In this document: piece by piece, positions 25,352 to 32,465 of the stretch
Numbering within the stretch: the first letter of the stretch is position 1
Layout of the letters: every line of letters begins with the position of its first letter
Assembly: GCA_034437495.1 (NCBI GenBank)
Contig: DAOTUF010000260.1
Location: forward strand, 1 to 32,465
Direction: 5' to 3'
Source: Chloroflexaceae bacterium
GTDB taxonomy: Bacteria > Chloroflexota > Chloroflexia > Chloroflexales > Chloroflexaceae
Length of the DNA: 32,465 nt
Notes under the pieces: generated by a model
Database searches by the model: none
What the model saw: the letters and a program-made list of their open reading frames with translations, nothing else
Told to the model about the DNA's origin: nothing
Made by a program: the position numbers and the translations under genes

Positions 25352-25360
25352 TGGTATAGT
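25352..25360 (+). promoter_or_regulatory. Candidate extended -10 (TGGTATAGT) for the giant LRR gene
   Basis: TGGTATAGT sits in the lower-GC 320-nt intergenic region. A second candidate, TACAAT, lies at 25384-25389. Either implies a 5' UTR of about 180-200 nt. Confidence 0.35.
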
Positions 25361-25569
25361 TATCTTAAAAAGTGGTGTCGGGTTACAATCAAGGTCGTCT
25401 GGACTTCCTGACACAAACGGTGCCCCTGCTCCTGGTTGACCAGCATCCTTACCGCTGAGAAGCTTCGCTGGTGGTCGAACGTCCTTTTTCAGGAATCATA
25501 TACTCCATCGTGCATCATGTTCTCTAACTATCCATGGAAATCGGGTGGGTTGGAAAGAGAGGGTCCCCC

Positions 25570-28500
25570 ATGAAACAAGTCGTCTGCTTGCATACGCCGT
25601 GCGCTGCACGTCGTTCCCTGGTCTTTCTCCTGTTCCTCCTCCTCGCCTTTTCCTTCCATCCCGAATCAGTTCCCACCACGCAGGCCGCCGCCTTCACCGG
25701 GTGTGACTACCCGTCGCTCCAGAACGAGATCCCGCAGGCTGAATGTGAAGCGCTGGTCGCCCTCTACGACCAGACGGGGGGGCCGGAGTGGACGAACCGC
25801 ACCGGGTGGCGGACAACCAGCACCCTGTGTGACTGGTATGGAGTGACGTGCAGCGGGGGACAGGTGGTCGCCATCTCGCTCTCGGACAACCAGTTGAGCG
25901 GGACACTGCCCGACCTCCGCCCCCTCACCAACCTCACCTACCTCTCCCTCTCGGATAACCAGTTGAGCGGAACCATTTCCAACCTCGCCACCCTCACCAG
26001 GCTCACCACGCTCTACCTGTCGAACAACCAGTTGAGCGGGACGCTGCCCGACCTCAGTCCCCTCACCAACCTCGCCTACCTCTCGCTCTCGAACAACCAG
26101 TTCAGTGGCTCCATTCCCGACCTCAGTTCCCTGACCAACCTGGCGACCCTCTACCTGTCGAACAACCAGTTGAGCGGGACGCTGCCCGACCTCAGTCCCC
26201 TGACCAGACTGACGACCTGTTCCCTCTCGAACAACCAGTTGAGCGGGACGCTGCCCGACCTCCGCCCCCTCACCAACCTCACGTCGCTCTCGCTGTCGAA
26301 CAACCAGTTGAGTGGAGCAATCCCCGATCTGAGCACCCTGACCAGGTTGAGCACCCTGTCGCTGGCGGATAACCAGTTGAGCGGGACGCTGCCCGACCTC
26401 AGCCCCCTCACCAACCTCACCTATCTCCGCCTGTCGAACAACCAGTTGAGCGGGACACTGCCCGACCTCAGCTCCCTCACCAATCTCACCTATCTCTACC
26501 TGTCGAACAACCAGTTGAGCGGGACACTGCCCGACCTCCGCCCCCTCACCAACCTGCGGGATCTGCGGCTCGAAAACAACCAGTTGAGTGGGACGCTGCC
26601 CGACCTCCGCCCCCTCACCAACCTCACCACGCTCTACCTGTCGAACAACCAGTTCAGCGGCCCCATTCCAGAGCTGACCACGCTCGTCAGCCTGGCCCAC
26701 CTCCGCCTTGCCAACAACCAGTTGAGCGGACCCATGCCCGATATGACCACCCTGACCAGTCTGGTCACACTCGTGCTTGATAACAACCAGTTGAGCGGCC
26801 CCGTGCCCGATATGAGCGCCCTGACCGGCCTGACCCACCTCTACCTTGCCAACAACCAGTTGACCAGTATTCCTCCTGGACTGGGCAGCCTCCCCTCCCT
26901 CACCATTCTCTCGCTCTCGAACAACCAGTTGACCAGTATCCCCCCCGAACTGGGCAACCTTTCCTCGCTCACGACGCTCTCGCTTGCCAACAACCAGCTG
27001 ACCACCATCCCCCCCGAATTGATGCAGCTGTCGTCACTCCAGGTCCTCGTCCTGTCGAACAACCAGTTGAGCGGGACGCTGCCTGACTTCAGCCCCCTCA
27101 CCAGCCTGACCCATCTCTACCTGTCGAACAACCAGTTGAGCGGGACGCTGCCCGACTTCAGCCCCCTCACCAGCCTGACCCATCTCTACCTGTCGAACAA
27201 CCAGTTGAGCGGGACGCTGCCCGACTTCAGCCCCCTCACCAGCCTGACCGACCTGGACCTTTCTGTCAACCACCTGGATGGCCCCGTGGTTGCATCGAGC
27301 CTGCCCATCAGCCTGACCCTCCTGAACCTCTCGCACAACCACCTGAGTAGCTCCATTCCAGACGCCAGCCTGCCCATCAGCCTGACCCTCCTGAACCTCT
27401 CGCACAACCATCTGAGCGGTCCCATTCCGGACCTGAGCATGCTGGCCAGCCTCACAGACCTCATCCTCACTGGCAACCAGTTGAGCGGCGACATCCCGCC
27501 CGCTCTGAGCACGCTGACCAACCTGGTCAACCTTGACCTGGGCTATAACCAGTTGACGGCCTCCGACCCGGCCCTGCTCGCGTTGCTCGAATCGCCAGGC
27601 AACAGAGACCCCGACTGGAGCAGGACCCAGACGATTCCTCCCACCGACATCGCCGCCGAAGCGCTTACCGACACCATGGTGCGCGTTAACTGGTCTCCCA
27701 TCCCCTATACGGGCAATGGCGGCTTCTACCAGGTCTGGTATGCCGTGCAGCCGGCAGGAGCCTATACCCCTGCCAAGAGCACGACCGTGGACAAGAACAC
27801 CCCGGGCTATATCGTCACGGGGTTGCAGCCAGAGACGACCTACTCCTTCCTGGTCAGAACCTTCACCCCCGCCCACACCCGGAACCAGAACGCGCTCACC
27901 AGCACCCGGAGCCTGGAGGCCGCGGCCACCACCTTCCCCCCCTCCCCAGAAATCAGCGTCCTGGACTGGAACGGCGCAGTGGTTGCCGACGAGAGCGTGA
28001 CCCCGCTCGACCTCGGGATAACGTCCATAGGGGTCCCCATGACCAGGACCTTCACGGTGCGCAACCTCGGAACGACCGCCCTCGAACTGACCAACCCCAT
28101 CACCATCCCATCCGGCTTCACGCTCAACCGTTCGCTTCACGGTGCTACTGTCACGGCGGGTGGTTCCATCACCTTCGACCTCACTTTTGAGGCCACCCAC
28201 CCGGGGATTTTTAGCGGTGAGCTTTCGTTCGGCACCAGCGATAGCAACGAAAACCCCTTCAACTTCCCTATCCGGGCCAGGAGTATCGCCCCGGACATCC
28301 AGGTGGCGAACTGGAACAGCGTGCCCGTGACCAGCAGCACCACAACCCTCATCCAGGTAGGGCAGACGGCTGTGGGCAAAACCTTGAGCCGAAGATTCAA
28401 GGTGAGCAACAGCGGGGAAGCAGACCTCATCCTGACCGACCTGACCGTCCCGCCCCGCTACACCGTCGCCCGAACCTTCGCCATCACCACGGTGCGGCCC

Positions 28501-31020
28501 GGCTCATCCACCACCTTCGACCTCGCTCTCACCACCGCCAGCGCCGGGGTCTTCAGTGGCACGGTGGCGCTCGCCTCCAACGACCCGGATGAAAACCCCT
28601 TTGTCTTCACCGTCACGGGCACCGTGAGCGGAACCGTCCCCGACCCCTTCGACTGTCCTGCTGCGCTGGCCGTCACCGAAGGGATGGCCCACCTGAAGGC
28701 CGACACGGCCCGCACGACCTACCAGGTTGACGGGAGCGGTGTCACAGTGGGGGTAATTGCCAATTCCTACGATGCTGCGACCCTGGGCACGGATGGCAAG
28801 CTGATTGCCACTCGCGCCATCTCCGATGTACACTCCGGCGACCTGCCCGGCGACGGCAACCCGTGCGGATATACGACCCCCGTCAGGGTCATCCGCGACG
28901 GTCCATCGGGGCACCCCGGCCCGGGTGGGGACGAAGGACGGGCCGTCATGCAGATTATCCACGACATTGCCCCCGGGGCCAGGCTCCTGTTTGCCAGCGG
29001 CGTGGGCGAAACCGCCACGGTGTATGACCTGGCCGAGGCTATCCGCCTCCTGCACCAGGCGGGAGCGGATATCATTGTTGACACGATGTACTATGGCGTC
29101 CAACCCTTCTACCAGGATGGGCCGGTGGCGGTTGCCGTCGCTGAGGTGGTGGAAGCGGGGGGCATCTCCTTCACCACCGCGGGCAATTTCAACAAATACA
29201 CCCGCATTGATGATACGCCGCGAGGGTTGTCATATGAAACGCTGGCCTACCGACCCACGGCGTGCCCTGCGGGTCTCACCCGCCCGGATGGAACCCCCGT
29301 GACCCTGGAAGGGGATTGCCACAACTTTCTTGCCTCGACCGGTCCCCCCGACGCGACCGCCCGCTATACCGCCGCGCCCGCTTCGCAGGTCCGGTTTCAC
29401 CTTCAGTGGGGCGAACCCTGGTATGGAGTGACCACCGACCTGGACCTCTACGCCATTGACGAATCGGGGACCGTTTTGGCGACCAGCACCAGCGACAACC
29501 TCTCCACCCGCCTGCCCTACGAGTCCCTCACCATCACGACGACCACGACCACGACCACCCTTGCCGCCGATACCGCCGATGCCGAAGCAAGTCAGCCGTT
29601 CTTGATCGTGGTCAATCGGGTCAACCGCGCCGACCGCTCGGATTCGGAGCGCCAGGGGACGCCGCAGTTCAAGTACATCGTTGACGGGATGGGCATAGCA
29701 CAGGCGGAATATTATGCGCCCGATGACCCCGACATCTCCCCGGATATCTTCGGGCCGACGATCTTCGGGCACCGCGGAGCCAATGCGGTCATCAGCGTGA
29801 GCGCCGTACCCTATACCACCATCTCCCACGTCGAAGATTCGTCCTCGCGTGGGCTTCCGTGGTACTACTTCGGCCCCATCAATGGGGATGAGACCCCCGC
29901 AGACCGCCTGGATATCCCCGAATCTCGCCAGAAGCCAGATATGGCGGCGACCGATGGAAATGCCACGACGTTCTACGGACGGCCTCCCCACAGCCCGGAA
30001 AACCCGGATGCGGTCTGGCGCTTTGATGGAACATCGGCTGCGGCAGCGCACGCTGCGGGGGTGGCTGCCCTCGTGTTGCAGGAAGCGCGGAAAAACCACA
30101 TCCCCATCGGTCAGCAAACCATGGAACTGCTCCTTGAGACGACCGCCAGCCGGATTGAAGGCAGTCCGACCGAGGCCACCGGCGCCGGGCTAATCCAGGC
30201 CGATGCCGCTGTGCGGACGATGACCATTCAACCCTTCGAGGTGCTGGTGCCAGGTGGGGACGAGCCGCTGCAAGCCGGCCCCCATACGACCCCCCAGGCA
30301 GCGACCATCCATATCAGCAAGCCCAACTTCGGGTTGCTCCAGCCGGACCACTTTACGGTTCAGGTGGGCAGCAGCGAGGCGGAGGTATTGTCCGTGGTCG
30401 AACTCCCCGAGCGCTACATCCTCGAAGTTGCCCCCCCCGTCCAGAAGAAAAACGACCTCTACGACCTGAGCATCACCGTCGTCAACCGGTCATCGCCGGT
30501 GGTGCGGAAAGGGGGAGTGCTCTATGGCGAGACTGTGGCCAGAATACGTCCTACCACCTTGCATACCTACCTTGATAAGCAGGCTTACCGTCGCGGCGAC
30601 CCCGTCCGCGTGGCTGCGGTGCTGTTCAATGACTACCCCATCACCAGCGCCAGAGTCACTGCCGTGATGGAGCGGCAGTACCAGGATGCGGGGGGCAACG
30701 AGGAGGTGCCGACGCGAGGATTCCCCGTTCAGGTGCGGCTGTATGACGATGGGTTTCACGGCGATGGGATGGCCGGGGATGGGGTCTATGCGGGGACAGT
30801 GACGAGCAACTATACCCGCTCGCACGGGGATTACCGTATCGATGTCTTTGCGAGCGATTTTTCCCTTCCCAACGGCGGCGAGGAAACCAGACTGCACACC
30901 CGCCACACCGTTCGGGTCTCCGAAAGCGGCGACCAACCCGGGGTCAATGTCGGCGTGGCGGTGGAGGAGGAGGAAGAGCCACAGGGTCAGGTCTTCCTGC
31001 CGCTGTTGACCGCAAAGTGA
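25570..31020 (+). CDS. Giant secreted mosaic protein (1816 aa): signal peptide, LRRNT-like Cys cap, about 25 LRRs, FN3, two choice-of-anchor-D/ASH-like modules, a subtilase-like (clan SB) peptidase domain, and C-terminal beta-sandwich modules
   Basis: Signal-like LVFLLFLLLAFSF...TQAAA. Cap CEALVALYDQTGGPEWTN..GW....LCDWYGVTC. LRR consensus LxLSNNQLSGTLPDLSPLTNLTx. FN3-like VRVNWSPIPY...YSFLVRT. Modules ending SNDPDENPFVFTVTG. GTSAAAAHAAGVAALVL plus TAGN plus HDIAPGA. DDGFHGDGMAGDGVYAG. ATG 25570 is chosen over track start 25534. Confidence 0.85.
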   Translation: MKQVVCLHTPCAARRSLVFLLFLLLAFSFHPESVPTTQAAAFTGCDYPSLQNEIPQAECEALVALYDQTGGPEWTNRTGWRTTSTLCDWYGVTCSGGQVVAISLSDNQLSGTLPDLRPLTNLTYLSLSDNQLSGTISNLATLTRLTTLYLSNNQLSGTLPDLSPLTNLAYLSLSNNQFSGSIPDLSSLTNLATLYLSNNQLSGTLPDLSPLTRLTTCSLSNNQLSGTLPDLRPLTNLTSLSLSNNQLSGAIPDLSTLTRLSTLSLADNQLSGTLPDLSPLTNLTYLRLSNNQLSGTLPDLSSLTNLTYLYLSNNQLSGTLPDLRPLTNLRDLRLENNQLSGTLPDLRPLTNLTTLYLSNNQFSGPIPELTTLVSLAHLRLANNQLSGPMPDMTTLTSLVTLVLDNNQLSGPVPDMSALTGLTHLYLANNQLTSIPPGLGSLPSLTILSLSNNQLTSIPPELGNLSSLTTLSLANNQLTTIPPELMQLSSLQVLVLSNNQLSGTLPDFSPLTSLTHLYLSNNQLSGTLPDFSPLTSLTHLYLSNNQLSGTLPDFSPLTSLTDLDLSVNHLDGPVVASSLPISLTLLNLSHNHLSSSIPDASLPISLTLLNLSHNHLSGPIPDLSMLASLTDLILTGNQLSGDIPPALSTLTNLVNLDLGYNQLTASDPALLALLESPGNRDPDWSRTQTIPPTDIAAEALTDTMVRVNWSPIPYTGNGGFYQVWYAVQPAGAYTPAKSTTVDKNTPGYIVTGLQPETTYSFLVRTFTPAHTRNQNALTSTRSLEAAATTFPPSPEISVLDWNGAVVADESVTPLDLGITSIGVPMTRTFTVRNLGTTALELTNPITIPSGFTLNRSLHGATVTAGGSITFDLTFEATHPGIFSGELSFGTSDSNENPFNFPIRARSIAPDIQVANWNSVPVTSSTTTLIQVGQTAVGKTLSRRFKVSNSGEADLILTDLTVPPRYTVARTFAITTVRPGSSTTFDLALTTASAGVFSGTVALASNDPDENPFVFTVTGTVSGTVPDPFDCPAALAVTEGMAHLKADTARTTYQVDGSGVTVGVIANSYDAATLGTDGKLIATRAISDVHSGDLPGDGNPCGYTTPVRVIRDGPSGHPGPGGDEGRAVMQIIHDIAPGARLLFASGVGETATVYDLAEAIRLLHQAGADIIVDTMYYGVQPFYQDGPVAVAVAEVVEAGGISFTTAGNFNKYTRIDDTPRGLSYETLAYRPTACPAGLTRPDGTPVTLEGDCHNFLASTGPPDATARYTAAPASQVRFHLQWGEPWYGVTTDLDLYAIDESGTVLATSTSDNLSTRLPYESLTITTTTTTTTLAADTADAEASQPFLIVVNRVNRADRSDSERQGTPQFKYIVDGMGIAQAEYYAPDDPDISPDIFGPTIFGHRGANAVISVSAVPYTTISHVEDSSSRGLPWYYFGPINGDETPADRLDIPESRQKPDMAATDGNATTFYGRPPHSPENPDAVWRFDGTSAAAAHAAGVAALVLQEARKNHIPIGQQTMELLLETTASRIEGSPTEATGAGLIQADAAVRTMTIQPFEVLVPGGDEPLQAGPHTTPQAATIHISKPNFGLLQPDHFTVQVGSSEAEVLSVVELPERYILEVAPPVQKKNDLYDLSITVVNRSSPVVRKGGVLYGETVARIRPTTLHTYLDKQAYRRGDPVRVAAVLFNDYPITSARVTAVMERQYQDAGGNEEVPTRGFPVQVRLYDDGFHGDGMAGDGVYAGTVTSNYTRSHGDYRIDVFASDFSLPNGGEETRLHTRHTVRVSESGDQPGVNVGVAVEEEEEPQGQVFLPLLTAK
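25873..27597 (+). repeat. Coding tandem array of about 25 x 69-bp (23-codon) LRR units
   Basis: Strict 69-nt periodicity. The core ctgtcgaacaaccagttgagcgggac(g/a)ctgcccgacctc recurs more than 10 times. Confidence 0.9.
27052..27249 (+). repeat. Three near-identical consecutive 69-bp units
   Basis: Units start at 27052, 27121 and 27190. The only difference seen is T27084 versus C27153 (synonymous Pro codon), until divergence near 27250. Confidence 0.9.
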
Positions 31021-31079
31021 CCCCCTGCGTGTGCGAAACTGTCTTGCCCGTCCTGTCCGTATCGGCGTGCAGGTGCGGT

Positions 31080-31112
31080 GCTCCCTCTCCCGTACGATGA
31101 GAGAGAGGGAGC
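31080..31112. terminator. Bidirectional terminator-like hairpin between the giant gene and thiD
   Basis: GCTCCCTCTC (31080-31089) pairs with GAGAGGGAGC (31103-31112), a 10-bp stem with a 13-nt loop. No strong U tract. Confidence 0.45.
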
Positions 31113-31120
31113 CGGGATGG

Positions 31121-31915
31121 TCAGACCACGACCGCATGGTTGAGCGGGCCGTGCCCGTGCCCGACGTGCAGCGCATCTGCCGCCCGAATTGCCGCCGTGA
31201 CATAATCTTTAGCGACCTGCACGGCCCTGCCTATGTCCTCCCCCTTCGCGAGTTCGGCAGCGATGGCCGACGCAAAGGTGCAGCCAGTGCCGTGGGTGTT
31301 CGGGGTGGCGGCCCGCGAAGCACGAAGCTCGGTAGAGTTCTGCCCGTCGTAGAGCACGTCTACCGCGTCTTCGGATGCGGGCAGGTGCCCCCCCTTCACC
31401 ACCACGTAGCGCACCCCCATCTGGTGGATAGCCACAGCCGCGGCGCGGGCATCGGCCAGGGTGCGGATCTCCTGCCCCGTGAGCACCTGCGCCTCGTGGT
31501 GGTTGGGCGTGACGACCGTCGCCAGCGGCACCAGGTCGGCAATCAGGGCGTCACGCGCCTGGGGGTGGAGCAGCGGGTCCCCCCCCTTGGCCACCATCAC
31601 CGGGTCAAGCACGAGCCGCGCCACCCCATATTGCCGGGCCTTCTGCGCCACCACCCGAATAATCTCGGCATTGGCGAGCATCCCCAGTTTCCAGGTGTCT
31701 ACCTGAATATCGCTCATCACGGAGTCAATCTGCCGGGCCACAAAGTCGGCGGGAACTTCAAACACCCCCTGCACGCCGGTGGTGTTCTGGGCCGTCAGCG
31801 CGGTCAGCACGCTCATGCCGTAGACCCCGCGGGCCGCAAAGGTCTTCAAATCGGCCTGGATGCCCGCCCCCCCGCCGGGGTCGGAGCCTGCAATGGTGAG
31901 CACATTTGGAATCAT
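31121..31915 (-). CDS. thiD: Bifunctional hydroxymethylpyrimidine/phosphomethylpyrimidine kinase
   Basis: VLTIAGSDPGGGAGIQADLKT, LTAQNT, VLDPVMVAKGG, THGTGCTF. Confidence 0.93.
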   Translation of the reverse strand: MIPNVLTIAGSDPGGGAGIQADLKTFAARGVYGMSVLTALTAQNTTGVQGVFEVPADFVARQIDSVMSDIQVDTWKLGMLANAEIIRVVAQKARQYGVARLVLDPVMVAKGGDPLLHPQARDALIADLVPLATVVTPNHHEAQVLTGQEIRTLADARAAAVAIHQMGVRYVVVKGGHLPASEDAVDVLYDGQNSTELRASRAATPNTHGTGCTFASAIAAELAKGEDIGRAVQVAKDYVTAAIRAADALHVGHGHGPLNHAVVV

Positions 31916-31939
31916 ACGCCTCTGTCCTCCGGGTAGGTA

Positions 31940-32465
31940 CTACCTGTTCGCACGAATAATCTCAAGCGACAGTTCGGCGGCCCGCTGCCCCGACAGGAAC
32001 ATCCCCCCGAAGATAGCCCCCATTCGCGGGGTGGCCGCCACGTTGCTCGCTGCCATCCCGGTCACGATGAGGCCGGGGAAGACCTCCAGCGTGCTGGAGA
32101 CCAGGTCGGCTTCGCCCCGTGCGGCCCACATCGAGCGCTCGCCCGGCACGCCGCCGTCGGGGGAGCGCAGGCGAGCGCCGGGGATTTTGGTAATCAGGGT
32201 GCGGCAGATGTGGGCGTCGTGCCCGGTCGCGTCAATGACGACCTTTGCTTCGACGGCCAGCGGGTCCACGTGCAACCCGGCTTGCACCGTTGCGTCCCAG
32301 TTGAGCACGACACCGGCTACCCGCTGGTCGTGGTAGACCATCACATCTTCGGCTATCATGCCAATCCAGATACGCGCCCCGGCATCCAGGGCCGCGGCGG
32401 TACACTTCGTGACAGCCTCCACCGAATCGGCTACCAGGTAGCCTTCGCGCCAGGGGTGCAGGCGA
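31940..32465 (-). CDS. thi4: Thiazole synthase of the Thi4 family, C-terminal part (N-terminus off window); His-type (non-Cys) active-site variant
   Basis: VAGVVLNWDATVQAGLHVDPLAVEAKVVIDATGHDA...FPGLIVTGMAA...PRMGAIFGGMFLSGQ. The reading frame stays open to the window edge upstream of the track's GTG 32422. Confidence 0.85.
   Translation of the reverse strand, partial: RLHPWREGYLVADSVEAVTKCTAAALDAGARIWIGMIAEDVMVYHDQRVAGVVLNWDATVQAGLHVDPLAVEAKVVIDATGHDAHICRTLITKIPGARLRSPDGGVPGERSMWAARGEADLVSSTLEVFPGLIVTGMAASNVAATPRMGAIFGGMFLSGQRAAELSLEIIRANR

Noticed and set aside
25873-27597. Regular 69-bp repeats could suggest a CRISPR-like or satellite array
   Set aside because: The periodicity is exactly 23 codons in one long open frame encoding a canonical LRR consensus. 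There are no unique spacers, so this is a coding tandem repeat.

Overview
High-GC (about 60-65% by eye) bacterial chromosomal window with 27 supportable protein-coding genes. I found no rRNA, tRNA, CRISPR array, transposase or integrase. The split gcvPA/gcvPB, a bacterial Thi4, choice-of-anchor-D modules and GGAGG Shine-Dalgarno sites suggest a Chloroflexota-like organism (low-confidence inference). Housekeeping backbone: hisH-hisA (translationally coupled to an upstream HDAC-family deacetylase), the minus-strand run gcvPA-gcvPB-radical SAM / tkt-rpe, and thiD-thi4. Accessory or poorly characterised content: (1) a truncated Hanks-kinase-like gene whose catalytic residues look substituted; (2) a 99-aa orphan plus a PflX-type radical SAM enzyme; (3) a 62-nt pure polypyrimidine tract in front of a glycine-zipper stress protein; (4) an output-less response regulator, a DUF4139/coiled-coil protein and an ATGA-coupled 4-TM protein; (5) a regulator carrying both an OmpR-type winged helix and a LuxR-type HTH but no receiver, followed by an M50B-like peptidase and an ABC ATPase, whose only candidate permease lies 4.1 kb away; (6) a lower-GC cassette with a 65-aa gene behind a three-hairpin leader, divergent from an XRE regulator and a ferredoxin-nitroreductase fusion; (7) a lipoprotein fusing a clan GH-A glycosidase to a PQQ-like beta-propeller; (8) a monocistronic 1816-aa secreted mosaic protein (plant-type LRR cap, about 25 x 23-aa LRR, FN3, two choice-of-anchor-D-like modules, a subtilase-like domain with non-canonical Asp/His motifs) whose LRR array contains near-identical 69-bp tandem DNA repeats. 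My best candidates for something undescribed are the giant LRR-peptidase protein, the Cys-rich radical SAM gene coupled to gcvPB, and the DUF4139/4-TM module. Ten intergenic extended -10 elements (TGnTAnnnT) give a self-consistent transcription-unit map. All family assignments are by-eye motif recognition, with no database search run.
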